Shown one piece after another: positions 49,463 through 59,180 of a stretch of 64,000 nucleotides of DNA; position 1 is the stretch's first letter; every line of letters begins with the position of its first letter. Under the pieces are notes generated by a model that searched no databases, was not told the DNA's origin, and saw only the letters and a list, made by a program, of their open reading frames with translations. Made by a program: the position numbers and the translations under genes. Location: assembly GCA_043826355.1 (NCBI GenBank), contig JBDRQI010000005.1, positions 84,879-148,878 of the forward strand, read 5' to 3'. The stretch is from Candidatus Omnitrophota bacterium (GTDB taxonomy: Bacteria; Ratteibacteria; UBA8468; MWAK01).

Positions 49463-50679
49463 TGCGCATTGTCAGCGTTTCGGAATTATTGAAGATACTG
49501 GAAGAACGCCGCACCAAACTTGCCGGCGTGGAGAATCGGGTCAGGGAAATCATCCGGCGGGTCAAGGAAGACGGTGAACCGGCCTTACGGGAATTAACCA
49601 GGATTTACGACGGCTGTGAGGTTGACGATTTCCGGGTATCCGAAACCGAAATAAAAGAAGCGAAAGGAGAGTTTTTTAATCCGGAATGGCGCAAACGAAT
49701 TAAAAAAGTCGCCGGACGCATAAGAAATTTCGCAAAAAAGGAGTTACCGGGAAACTTCAAGATTACGGAACCGGAAGGAACCCTGGAGAAGATTTACGTT
49801 CCGGTGGAGCCGGTCGGTGTCTATATTCCGGCCGGAACCGCTCCGCTGGTCTCCACGGTGCTGATGGCCGTCATTCCGGCGCAAACCGCCGGCGTAAAAA
49901 GGATAGTCGCAGCCACTCCGCCGGGCAAAGATAAAAAAGCAAACAAGGCCGTGGTGGCAACCTGCGCCTTCCTGGGCGTTTCGGAAATTTACAAGGTCGG
50001 CGGCAGTCAGGCGATCGCCGCCCTCGCTTTCGGGGTCGGCAAAATCCCCAGAGTGGCTAAGATTGTCGGCCCGGGCAACGAATATGTAGCGGCGGCTAAA
50101 AAATTGCTATACGGAATCGTGGATGTAGATTGTCCGGCCGGGCCCAGCGAAGTGGTGGTCTTTGCCGACAAGACCGCCCCGCTCTCTTTCGTTTCCGCGG
50201 AACTGGCCAGCCAAGCTGAACACCACCATGGCCTGGCCGTCCTGATTACGTCGGACAAAAGAGTGGCGGAAGCCGCCTTAAAGTTCCCGGCTAACGGCAT
50301 AATCGTAGTTTCCGAAAGAGAGAAAGCGGTTGGTTTAATTGAAACAATCGCGCTGGAACATCTGGTCGTAATGGCAGCCAACGCTAAAAATTTTGCGGTA
50401 AAAATAAAAAAATCCGGCGCAATCTTCATCGGAAACTATTCGCCGGTCGCGCTCGGCGATTACCTGGCTGGACCAAGTCACATCCTGCCTACCGGCGGCG
50501 CAGCTGCCTCTTTCTCCGGACTTTCCGCCCCAACCTTCCTGCGTTCCTATGCCCGAATTTCCTGGAACAAAAAAGGGTTGAAAAAGTGGGCGGGTGATAT
50601 TGCGGAACTGGCGGAACTGGAAGGACTGCCAAACCACAAAAAGAGCATTACGACGCGGATTAATTGCGGCAAAAGGTAG
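49459..50679 (+). CDS. hisD: Histidinol dehydrogenase
   Basis: GPGNEYV, AGPSEV, QAEH, EHL, GDYLAGPSHILPT. Confidence 0.93.
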   Translation: MMRIVSVSELLKILEERRTKLAGVENRVREIIRRVKEDGEPALRELTRIYDGCEVDDFRVSETEIKEAKGEFFNPEWRKRIKKVAGRIRNFAKKELPGNFKITEPEGTLEKIYVPVEPVGVYIPAGTAPLVSTVLMAVIPAQTAGVKRIVAATPPGKDKKANKAVVATCAFLGVSEIYKVGGSQAIAALAFGVGKIPRVAKIVGPGNEYVAAAKKLLYGIVDVDCPAGPSEVVVFADKTAPLSFVSAELASQAEHHHGLAVLITSDKRVAEAALKFPANGIIVVSEREKAVGLIETIALEHLVVMAANAKNFAVKIKKSGAIFIGNYSPVALGDYLAGPSHILPTGGAAASFSGLSAPTFLRSYARISWNKKGLKKWAGDIAELAELEGLPNHKKSITTRINCGKR

Positions 50680-50738
50680 CCGGCCGCATCCTTTAGAGCC
50701 TGCCATTGCATCTTTTAGCGCGCAAACCCCTAACGATA

Positions 50739-50794
50739 ACGCAGGCTAAAGTTGTACCTCGCCGTAGCTTTAGCACAGGCGGGCCTGCGGCTAC
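50739..50794. repeat. Nested palindromes: 32-bp element inside a GTAG-type REP
   Basis: ACGCAGGCTAAAG[TTGTACCTCGCCGTAGCTTTAGCACAGGCGGG]CCTGCGGCTAC; removing the bracket gives exactly 37846-37869. Confidence 0.85.
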
Positions 50795-50808
50795 CCATTC
50801 CTGAACCT

Positions 50809-52644
50809 TCATCGTTCACCGTTCTTAAACGCGTTGGTGATGGGCAGGCGCCAATCCTTGCCAAAAGCACGACTGGTTATCTTGACACCGGGCGGCGCCT
50901 GGCGTCTTTTATATTCGTTCCGATCAACCAGCGCAATTGCCTTTCGCACCGTACCCATCTTGAAACCGCTGCCGGTTATCTCCGCCGGTGAAAGATTTTC
51001 CTCAATATAAGCGGCCAGAATCGGGTCCAGAATTTCATAATCCGGAAGCGTATCTACGTCTTTCTGGTTTGGCCGCAGTTCTGCGGAAGGCGGCCGTTTT
51101 ATGGTCCGTTCCGGTATAACCGGCTTCAGTTGGTTCCGGTATGCGGCCAACCGGTAGACCAGGGTTTTGGGAATATCCTTAAGGACCGCAAACCCGCCGG
51201 CCATATCTCCGTAAAGGGTACAGTAACCGGTGGCGATTTCACTCTTGTTTCCCGTAGTGAGGACCAGGTAGCCGAACTTGTTGGAAAAAGCCATAATGAT
51301 ATTGCCCCGAATACGCGCCTGGATATTTTCTTCGGTTATATCCGGTTTTACGCCGGTAAAACTATTCTTGAGAGTCTTCAGGTAGGCGTTAAAAACTTCC
51401 TTTATGGAAATTACGTGAAATTCAATCTCTAAATTGTTTGCCAGTTTTTGGGCGTCTATCCGGCTCATCTCCGCGGAAAACCGGCTGGGCATAAAGAGGC
51501 CGACCACCCGTTCTTTGCCCAGACTATCAACCGCGATAGCCGCAGTAAGAGCTGAGTCAATCCCGCCGGAGAGCCCGATAATTGCCTTTTTAAATCCGTT
51601 TTTATCCACGTAATCCCTGGTTCCAACAATCAGGGCCTGATATATCTCGGCCTCATCCGAAAGCCGCGGTTCAATTCGCGGTTTAATTACCGGAGGTTTG
51701 GACTCCCGCTTACTGCGCGCGGGAATGACATACGTTTTTGCAACGAAAGAATCGCAGGGGGCGGATTCATCCGCCCCGCGGGCCCCGTATAGGCGGCTGT
51801 TGCCTTTTACGGGGCGGGCGCGCCATGTCATGCCTGAGGCAGACCCGCCTCTCTCGCCTGAGGCGAGTGCGCCTCCGGTGCAAGCGGGAACGGCGCCCCG
51901 ACAAACGCTCTCCGGGTTAATATCTACAATAAGCAGGTCTTCGTCAAAAGATTTCGCCCTCGCCAAAACTTTACCTTCCGGGTTAAAGACCACGCTTTGA
52001 CCGTCAAAGACCAGTTCGTCCTGGCCGCCGACCAGATTAACATAAACCAGAAATGCTTTATACTCTACGGCCCGGTTGGATAGCATCTGCTCCCTGTATT
52101 CCACCTTGCCGAGCTGGTACGGCGAAGCCGAAATATTGATAACACATTGACTACCAGCCGCAACCTGCTGAAACGCCGGTCCGGCCGGATGCCAGATATC
52201 TTCGCAGATATTAACTCCAAAACAAAAACTTCCCAGGGAAAAAACCTTGTTTTCACGTCCGGATTCAAAATAACGCTTTTCGTCAAAAACACTGTAATTG
52301 GGGAGAAGATGTTTATGGTAAACCGCCCGGACCTTTCCGCCGGCAATGATTGCAGCCGCATTATAAAGGTTATTTTTAGACCCCTTAAGGTCAATGAACC
52401 CCAGAATCGCAGTTATTCCGACTGTTTTTTTCTCAATCTCCGCAAGACCTTTAAGATTAGCCTTTATAAAACTGGTCTTAAAGAGAAGGTCTTCCGGCGG
52501 GTAGCCGGTCAGGGCCATTTCCGGAAAAACAACCGTATCCACTCCGAATTTCCGGGCACGCTTTATACAATCGAAAATGCGAACCGCATTACCGGGGATG
52601 TCTCCCACCGTAACGTTTATCTGGGCCAGGCCGATTCTTACCAT
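50809..52644 (-). CDS. nadE: Glutamine-dependent NAD+ synthetase
   Basis: FPE..GYPPEDL, NICEDIW, LSGGIDSA, ENIQARIRG, TGNKSE. Confidence 0.95.
   Translation of the reverse strand: MVRIGLAQINVTVGDIPGNAVRIFDCIKRARKFGVDTVVFPEMALTGYPPEDLLFKTSFIKANLKGLAEIEKKTVGITAILGFIDLKGSKNNLYNAAAIIAGGKVRAVYHKHLLPNYSVFDEKRYFESGRENKVFSLGSFCFGVNICEDIWHPAGPAFQQVAAGSQCVINISASPYQLGKVEYREQMLSNRAVEYKAFLVYVNLVGGQDELVFDGQSVVFNPEGKVLARAKSFDEDLLIVDINPESVCRGAVPACTGGALASGERGGSASGMTWRARPVKGNSRLYGARGADESAPCDSFVAKTYVIPARSKRESKPPVIKPRIEPRLSDEAEIYQALIVGTRDYVDKNGFKKAIIGLSGGIDSALTAAIAVDSLGKERVVGLFMPSRFSAEMSRIDAQKLANNLEIEFHVISIKEVFNAYLKTLKNSFTGVKPDITEENIQARIRGNIIMAFSNKFGYLVLTTGNKSEIATGYCTLYGDMAGGFAVLKDIPKTLVYRLAAYRNQLKPVIPERTIKRPPSAELRPNQKDVDTLPDYEILDPILAAYIEENLSPAEITGSGFKMGTVRKAIALVDRNEYKRRQAPPGVKITSRAFGKDWRLPITNAFKNGER
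51699..51905. repeat. Stack of nested palindromic elements in the NadE interdomain linker
   Basis: Hairpins at 51700-51730, 51758-51777, 51782-51815 and 51828-51889 (with nested 51853-51883). Confidence 0.8.
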
Positions 52645-52720
52645 TGAATAGATTTTACCTTAACCGCCGGTTGCCTGACAACTGGTTAACTGCCGTTATG
52701 GTATGTTATAATAATAAAAA

Positions 52721-53992
52721 ATGGGATTATCTCTTTTGGGGTTAATTCTCCTTCTCGTTCTGTCGGCTTTTTTTTCCGCGGCCGAAACCTCACTTACTTC
52801 CTTAGGCAAGTTAAAAGTCAAAGCCCTTATTGATTTAGAAGGTCGCCGGGCTGAGGTCCTGAACCTCTGGTTGAAAAACCCGGCTCGTTTACTCACCACT
52901 ATCCTGATCGGCAACAACATCGTCAATGTTTCCGCCTCAGTTTTAGCCGCATATCTGGCCATTAAAGCCTGGGGGAACAAGGGTGTCGGTATCGCCACCG
53001 GCTTAATGACCTTCTTGATTCTGGTCTTTGCGGAGATTATTCCCAAGACCTTCGCCCGGCATCACTACGAAAAAGTAGCCCTAGTTATCATCTGGCCCTT
53101 GCTTTCTATTTCCTACCTTTTAAACCCGGTTGTCCGTTTTTTTGTACTCATATCTGAAGGCATTATTCGTCTCTTCGGCGGTCACCTTACTCCGGAGACC
53201 AGCCACATCAGCACGGAAGAGATCCGCACCTTGATTGATATCGGCGGAGAAGAAGGAGCCCTGGCCGAAGAAGAACGCGAAATGTTAAGCAGTGTAATCG
53301 AAATCCGGGACACGGCGGTGGGCAGTCTGATGACGCCCCGGATGGAAATAGCCGCCCTTCCGGAAGACGCTTCCGTAGCCGAGGCCTTTACCCTGATGAC
53401 CAAAGAGGGACACTCCCGGCTGCCGGTTTACCGGAACGATATGGACGATATCGTGGGCATCGTAGATTCCCGACAGATACTTTCCCACATCGCTGAAGGT
53501 GAAAAAACGGTTCTCCTGCGCCAGATAATGAGGCCGGCTTTCTTTGTGCCGGAAATGATGAATGTTTCCAGCCTTTTAAAAGAGTTGCGGCGCCACAAAT
53601 CACACATGGCAATCGTAATGGATGAATACGGCGGGACCGAAGGACTGGTTACGCTGCACGACCTCATTGAGGAGATTATCGGCGAACTCCCAACTGAATA
53701 CGAGGAGACCGCAGATTACCAGAAGGTCAACGAAAAAACTTACCGCATCAAAGCCGAGATGGAGATTGAAAAAGTCAACGAATTATTAAACATCAATCTT
53801 GAGGAAGACGACGATAACGCGGAAACCCTGGCCGGATTTGTCCTGAAACATCTGGGGCACTTCCCGGTTTCCGGCGAGCAGTTTCGCTACCAGAACTACC
53901 TTTTCACGGTGGAAAAAGCGGACGAACGCAGCATTTCCCTCCTTTTAGTGCAAAATTTGACCCCCCGGACGCCGCCACATGGAAATACCTGA
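52721..53992 (+). CDS. HlyC/CorC (CNNM) family transporter
   Basis: SAFFSAAE, ILIGNNIVN, EIIPK, CBS pair, DEYGGTEG.VT..D..EEIIGE. Confidence 0.92.
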   Translation: MGLSLLGLILLLVLSAFFSAAETSLTSLGKLKVKALIDLEGRRAEVLNLWLKNPARLLTTILIGNNIVNVSASVLAAYLAIKAWGNKGVGIATGLMTFLILVFAEIIPKTFARHHYEKVALVIIWPLLSISYLLNPVVRFFVLISEGIIRLFGGHLTPETSHISTEEIRTLIDIGGEEGALAEEEREMLSSVIEIRDTAVGSLMTPRMEIAALPEDASVAEAFTLMTKEGHSRLPVYRNDMDDIVGIVDSRQILSHIAEGEKTVLLRQIMRPAFFVPEMMNVSSLLKELRRHKSHMAIVMDEYGGTEGLVTLHDLIEEIIGELPTEYEETADYQKVNEKTYRIKAEMEIEKVNELLNINLEEDDDNAETLAGFVLKHLGHFPVSGEQFRYQNYLFTVEKADERSISLLLVQNLTPRTPPHGNT

Positions 53993-55922
53993 GAAAAACC
54001 TTGAAAAAACCGATGCCGGACAGGTCTATACCTGCCGAAAAGCGGCTTCGGCCTGCAGGCAAGCCGCCGAAGAAATTGCCTCTTTTTTGAATGCCCGCAT
54101 TACAAAAACCGGCATCGTTTACCGTGTGCTCTTTTTCAACCGGCGTCACCTTTTTTTTGACGATGCCGGGCGTACCTATACCGTCCACTTTTATCAAAAA
54201 GCAAAGGGTTGCTTTGTGTTGGTAGAACCGACCAAAAAAATCAAACAAGACGGGCCGGTCTTGCTGGCTCAGAAATTTCTGGTGAGGCAAAGAAGTATAA
54301 TTATTTATACCGATTTTAACCTTATCGCCGAATACTTATCCCACTTCCTGCGAAAAAGGGGCTACCCGGCCGGAAAAGTAGTCTGGAAAGAAGTAATTAC
54401 CGTTTTTCGAATTAAGGCTGGCAGGGGAACCGTAACCGCCGGTCCCTTTTCGGCCCTGGTTCAAACCAGTTTCATCCGCAACCGTTTCTCGGCCCGGCTG
54501 CAGGATAAAGATGAAAAAAACCCACATTTCTGCAGTCCCCACAACCAGTACGTTTTTACTTTCCGGAACAGGTTGCTGGTCAAAAGAAACGCCGTAAAAC
54601 TGGATAACCTTCTTCTTTCCTACGCCGAAAAAGAAATAAAAAGCGCCAGCATCAACCCGGTCGTTCTTCTCAAAAAAACCATCTATGGTTTAAGGAGTCC
54701 AAACCTGCGCGCCTTCTATTCCGATGACGGCCTGATACCGGAAGCAAAACACCTCATGAACTTTGTTGTCTTAATCTACCTGGCTATCGGCACCATTAAC
54801 GCCAGCGTCTTTGTCCGGGTGGCGGAACGCCTGAAAGGAAACACCTGGTACACCCTGGCGGCCGGCGCCCTGGTATTCTTAAGGGTGCCGGCGGAAATAT
54901 TCAACATGCGTCGTTCCCTCAAGATTACCCGGAACCTGCCGGGTTCCCGGATTCAAAAAAACGAAGATTCGGAAGGGTTCCGCGTCGCTTACGAAACAAA
55001 ACCCTTTCGTTCCTGGCGTAATTTTGAACGCGGTTACACCGAACTATTCCGCGGCACCGAATACCTGCCGGAAAAGATTGAAAAATACCGGCTGGCCAAA
55101 CCGAACCTTTACCGGCTGGTTACGGAAGGCAAAAAAGAAACGGTTGCTGCGTTTTTAAAGAACGGACTGGATTTGAATGAAGAAGCAATCAGCTCTTTGC
55201 TTCCCCTTGCCAAACAACTGCAACCCCTGGACCGGGATAAAATCAAAACGGTTTTCCGCAACCGGATTGAACGGTTAAAAGAAGAAGGTCTTCTGCTGGA
55301 AAGTGAATGGCCCGGCCTGCTGGAATTTGTCAGTCGGACCTTTCCGGACCTGCTGGAAAGAGATACCGTAGCCGGTGCCTATAAATCTCTGAAAAACACC
55401 TTAAAACGCGCGGAACGTCCGCCGAAACGCGCGGAACTTTTTTCCCTGGTTGACAAGTGCTATCGGGAACTGATTCCGTTCCGAAGAGCTGAATTTATGT
55501 TGCACATTTCCCTCTTTATGATCGGCTACGGCGCTACCTATTCACCGGACATCCCGACTTTCGCCTTCGCCATCTATTACCTATTTAGCGGAGTGATGGT
55601 TCAACTTATCGCCTCCGGATACGAGCGCTTAAGCATGCCGGTCTGGATGCAGTATGTTTTCCGGGAAATGGAAAACGACCCGGCCATCGCTTCTGCTTCG
55701 GATACCTGGAATGAATTCAGCAGCCAGCAAACCCGCCTGTTGACCATCTTTTCTTCGCTGGGCCTGATTTTGGGCATTTCCGGCCGGCTCCTGGCAAAAG
55801 TCACTCACAATATTTCCTGGTTCGGGGTGGATACCATGGCAATACTCCTTTTCCTGGTCGCCATCCGGGAATGGTTCCGGTTCTACCAGGGATTGCAAAA
55901 GAGATTACGGTCGGAGGGATAG
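53979..55922 (+). CDS. Hypothetical multi-pass membrane protein
   Basis: 647-aa ORF overlapping the end of corC; several hydrophobic segments; no motif recognised. Confidence 0.65.
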   Translation: MEIPEKNLEKTDAGQVYTCRKAASACRQAAEEIASFLNARITKTGIVYRVLFFNRRHLFFDDAGRTYTVHFYQKAKGCFVLVEPTKKIKQDGPVLLAQKFLVRQRSIIIYTDFNLIAEYLSHFLRKRGYPAGKVVWKEVITVFRIKAGRGTVTAGPFSALVQTSFIRNRFSARLQDKDEKNPHFCSPHNQYVFTFRNRLLVKRNAVKLDNLLLSYAEKEIKSASINPVVLLKKTIYGLRSPNLRAFYSDDGLIPEAKHLMNFVVLIYLAIGTINASVFVRVAERLKGNTWYTLAAGALVFLRVPAEIFNMRRSLKITRNLPGSRIQKNEDSEGFRVAYETKPFRSWRNFERGYTELFRGTEYLPEKIEKYRLAKPNLYRLVTEGKKETVAAFLKNGLDLNEEAISSLLPLAKQLQPLDRDKIKTVFRNRIERLKEEGLLLESEWPGLLEFVSRTFPDLLERDTVAGAYKSLKNTLKRAERPPKRAELFSLVDKCYRELIPFRRAEFMLHISLFMIGYGATYSPDIPTFAFAIYYLFSGVMVQLIASGYERLSMPVWMQYVFREMENDPAIASASDTWNEFSSQQTRLLTIFSSLGLILGISGRLLAKVTHNISWFGVDTMAILLFLVAIREWFRFYQGLQKRLRSEG

Positions 55923-55945
55923 AGAATTCTAAAAAGGAGACCGGG

Positions 55946-58288
55946 ATGAATTTATACTCCAGGTTGCGGCAAGGATTAAAGGAGAAGGAAAAGAACGGCC
56001 TGTTGAAATCGGAAAGGATGCTGACCTCGTCACAGGGCACGGAGATAAAAGTCAGCGGAATATCCGAACCGGTGGTCAATTTCTGTTCCAATAATTACCT
56101 CGGCCTGGCAAACCACCCTTTGGTTCTTTCCGCAGCGCGTAAAGCGCTGGAGATTTACGGATTCGGCCTCTCTTCGGTGCGTTTTATTTGCGGCACCCAG
56201 ACCATTCATAAACAATTGGAGGAACGTCTGGCCGATTTTTTGGGTATGGAGGATTGCCTGCTCTATACCTCCTGTTTCGACGCCAACGGTGGTCTGTTTG
56301 AAAACATGCTGTCCGAAAACGACGCGATTATCAGCGCCCGGCTTAACCACGCCAGTTTAATTGATGGCATACGCCTTACTAAAACGACGCGCTTTACCTA
56401 CCGGGAAGACAGCCCGGAAGACCTCAAGCGAATCCTTTCCAGTGTAAAAACGGACGGCGTAATCCTGGTGGTGACCGATGGCGTTTTCAGTATGGAAGGA
56501 ACCCTGGCGCCGCTGGATAAAATTGTTCCGCTATGCCGCAGCTACGGTGCTCTGCTGGTAGTCGACGATTCCCACGCTACCGGCTTTATCGGCAACCACG
56601 GCCGCGGAACCCCGGAACACTTCGGGATACAGGCGGATATCCTCACCGGAACATTTGGAAAGACGCTGGGCGGCGGCAGCGGCGGTTATACCGCCGGCAA
56701 GCGGAAATTAGTCGCCTGGCTGCGCAATACCTCCCGTCCCTACCTTTTCTCCAACTCCCTGCCGCCGGCGCTGGCGGCCGGAGCGATTGCGGCGCTGGAT
56801 ATCATCTCTTCCGAAGAAGGCGCCGAACTGCGCCGTAAACTGAGAGAAAACACCGCGTACTTCCGTTCATCAATGCGGCAGGCCGGATTTTCCATCCCGG
56901 ACGGCAATCATCCGATCGTCCCGGTGATGGTGGGCGACGCCGATGCGGCTTCCCGGATGGCAAACCGGATATTGGAACTCGGCATTTACGTGATTGGGTT
57001 CAGTTACCCGGTGGTACCGAAAGATAAGGCCCGCATCCGGGTCCAGATTTCCGCGCTCCACACCCGGCCGCAGATTGACCGGGCGGTCAGCGCTTTCGCC
57101 AAAACCGGTAAAGAGGCCGGCTTAATCGCAAAGGGAACTGCGCCGGTTTTGGTGAAAACGGACCGCGGTCTGCCGAAAGCGATGCGCGCTTGGGTTTATT
57201 ATAACAAGGTCCAGCCGGACGGCGGCCACGTCCGCCTGGAACGGGTACCGGTACCCAAACTCAGCCCCGGCGAACTGCTGCTGAAGGTTGTCGGCGTCTC
57301 TGTTTGCGGCACCGACGAAGATCTGTTCCACGGCAAATTTTCCGAAGTGTACGATGGCATCATACCCGGCCACGAGATATTCGGAGAAATTGTGGGCCGG
57401 GGATCAAACATCCGCGGCTTCGACATAGGACAGAAGATTGTAGCAGAATCACACTATCAGATTCCCGGTTATATTGAGGAAGGCGTTATCGGCCTCTGGG
57501 GCCCCAAAATTCTTACCGGGGGATACCTGCGGCCGTTGAATGGCGGTTACGCGGAATATGTAGCCATAACCAACTACTGCGCTCATCTTGTTCCGAAAAC
57601 CCTGGACTCATCAGACTTTTTTCCATCCTTGCTGGAAGGTATCGGCAACGACTGCCTGATCGCCAAGTACCTTTTTGACCAGGGATTGCTGGGCACGGTC
57701 GCGGTCGTCGGTTGCGGCCCCCACGGGCTCTTTACCCAGATGTTCCTGAAGCATTTCGGCGTCAAGCGCCTGGCCGCATTTGAAATTGACCGGAAACGAA
57801 TGGAACTGGCCAAAGAATTCGGCGCCAACATAGTTTTTGATTCACTGGCAAAAGACCTTGATAAACAAGTGAGCGATTTTACCGCAGGCAAAGGATTTGA
57901 TGCGGTTATTGATATCGCCGGCGGCCATGAGACAGTACTGAAGACGTGTTTCAAATACGTAATGGACCGCGGCACCCTGGTTCTCTTCGGACTTTACGGC
58001 AACGAAAAGGTCAAATTGGAGGGAGTGCCGATTAACGATATAATCTTCGGCATGCGCGACCTGGAAGTAAAATACGAAAACAAATACATTCACGTGAAAG
58101 GCATCACGGGCCGGGAAGGAATCTGGGATTATTTAATTGATACCGTTGCGGTTTCCCGGAAACTCCGTCAAAAGATAATGAAGCCGGTTACCGTTATGGG
58201 GCCCTTAGATAATCTGGGCCGGGACACCCTGAAAATAAACCGGAAAAAGGTTATGAAACGGGCCTACACCGCCTTCGGAACTCATTAA
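55946..58288 (+). CDS. kbl: Fusion of glycine C-acetyltransferase (Kbl) and an MDR Zn-dehydrogenase (Tdh-like)
   Basis: NFCSNNYLGL, SVRFICGT, LNHASLIDG, DDSHATG, GTFGKTLGG, ARIRVQ; then VCGTD, GHE, GCGPHG; AAGGAG RBS. Confidence 0.88.
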   Translation: MNLYSRLRQGLKEKEKNGLLKSERMLTSSQGTEIKVSGISEPVVNFCSNNYLGLANHPLVLSAARKALEIYGFGLSSVRFICGTQTIHKQLEERLADFLGMEDCLLYTSCFDANGGLFENMLSENDAIISARLNHASLIDGIRLTKTTRFTYREDSPEDLKRILSSVKTDGVILVVTDGVFSMEGTLAPLDKIVPLCRSYGALLVVDDSHATGFIGNHGRGTPEHFGIQADILTGTFGKTLGGGSGGYTAGKRKLVAWLRNTSRPYLFSNSLPPALAAGAIAALDIISSEEGAELRRKLRENTAYFRSSMRQAGFSIPDGNHPIVPVMVGDADAASRMANRILELGIYVIGFSYPVVPKDKARIRVQISALHTRPQIDRAVSAFAKTGKEAGLIAKGTAPVLVKTDRGLPKAMRAWVYYNKVQPDGGHVRLERVPVPKLSPGELLLKVVGVSVCGTDEDLFHGKFSEVYDGIIPGHEIFGEIVGRGSNIRGFDIGQKIVAESHYQIPGYIEEGVIGLWGPKILTGGYLRPLNGGYAEYVAITNYCAHLVPKTLDSSDFFPSLLEGIGNDCLIAKYLFDQGLLGTVAVVGCGPHGLFTQMFLKHFGVKRLAAFEIDRKRMELAKEFGANIVFDSLAKDLDKQVSDFTAGKGFDAVIDIAGGHETVLKTCFKYVMDRGTLVLFGLYGNEKVKLEGVPINDIIFGMRDLEVKYENKYIHVKGITGREGIWDYLIDTVAVSRKLRQKIMKPVTVMGPLDNLGRDTLKINRKKVMKRAYTAFGTH

Positions 58289-58289
58289 A

Positions 58290-58904
58290 ATGTTTCAAAT
58301 TTTCAATCTCATCGGGTTGATATCATTCGCCTTTTCGGGAGCCGTCAAAGGAATCCAGAAAAGGATGGACGTTTTCGGAATAGCCGTTCTCGGTATTGCA
58401 ACCGCCCTGGGCGGCGGTGCTGTCAGAGATATACTGGCCGGTGGAATTCCACAAATGTTGAAAGACATTTCCTATGTGGTCTTTTCGCTGGTCGGCGTAT
58501 TGCTGGCAATGGCTACCCGGAAATTTTACCGGCGGGTCAGAAACAGGTGGACCTTCCTGCTTCCGGATGCCCTGGGTCTGGCAACTTTTACGGTAAGCGG
58601 GTGTCTGGTTGCCGGCCGGAATAATTTCGGTTTGGTTGGATTTATAATTCTCGGGCTGTCAACTGCGGTTGGAGGCGGTATGCTAAGGGATGTGCTGGCC
58701 GGCGAAGAACCTCTTATCCTGAACCGGGAGTTTTACGCCAGTTGCGCTTTTGCCGGCAGCCTTTTATTCTGGACGCTAACCGAATTACAGGTCTCCCTCT
58801 CCTTAGCCAGTTGGATAAGCATGCTTACCGTCTTTTTGCTGAGGATAGCCGCCATCAAATATAACTGGCGCCTCCCGAAATTTTCGTACGATTCTGAAAA
58901 ATAG
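58290..58904 (+). CDS. TRIC/UPF0126 (YadS-like) membrane protein
   Basis: Two repeats D.FG...TA.GGG..RD. Confidence 0.88.
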   Translation: MFQIFNLIGLISFAFSGAVKGIQKRMDVFGIAVLGIATALGGGAVRDILAGGIPQMLKDISYVVFSLVGVLLAMATRKFYRRVRNRWTFLLPDALGLATFTVSGCLVAGRNNFGLVGFIILGLSTAVGGGMLRDVLAGEEPLILNREFYASCAFAGSLLFWTLTELQVSLSLASWISMLTVFLLRIAAIKYNWRLPKFSYDSEK

Positions 58905-58926
58905 GAAATGGGTGGGTTCTTGTCAA

Positions 58927-58948
58927 GAAGTGGAGCAGGCGGGAGTTG
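58927..58948 (-). repeat. Duplicated 3' end of tRNA-Ala
   Basis: GAAGTGGAGCAGGCGGGAGTTG identical at 58927-58948 and 59047-59068. Confidence 0.85.
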
Positions 58949-59050
58949 GCGGTCTCACTTCAACACGTTCGACTCGGCCCCCCGCTGGTATTGCTCCCTA
59001 ATCGGTCGCAACACCTTACTTCGCTCCTTTCAACTCCCCTTTTCAGGAAG

Positions 59051-59122
59051 TGGAGCAGGCGGGAGTTGAACCCGCGGTCTCTGGAGTGCGATTCCAGCGT
59101 TTTCCCACTAAACTACTGCCCC
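59051..59122 (-). tRNA. tRNA-Ala(CGC)
   Basis: GGGGCAG/CTGCTCC acceptor stem with G3:U70; CTGGA-ATCGCAC-TCCAG anticodon arm. Confidence 0.93.
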
Positions 59123-59180
59123 AAACCCCTCACCTTCATACTTTCATAATAGTTAGAGGAAAATTATTATACCAGAAAAA

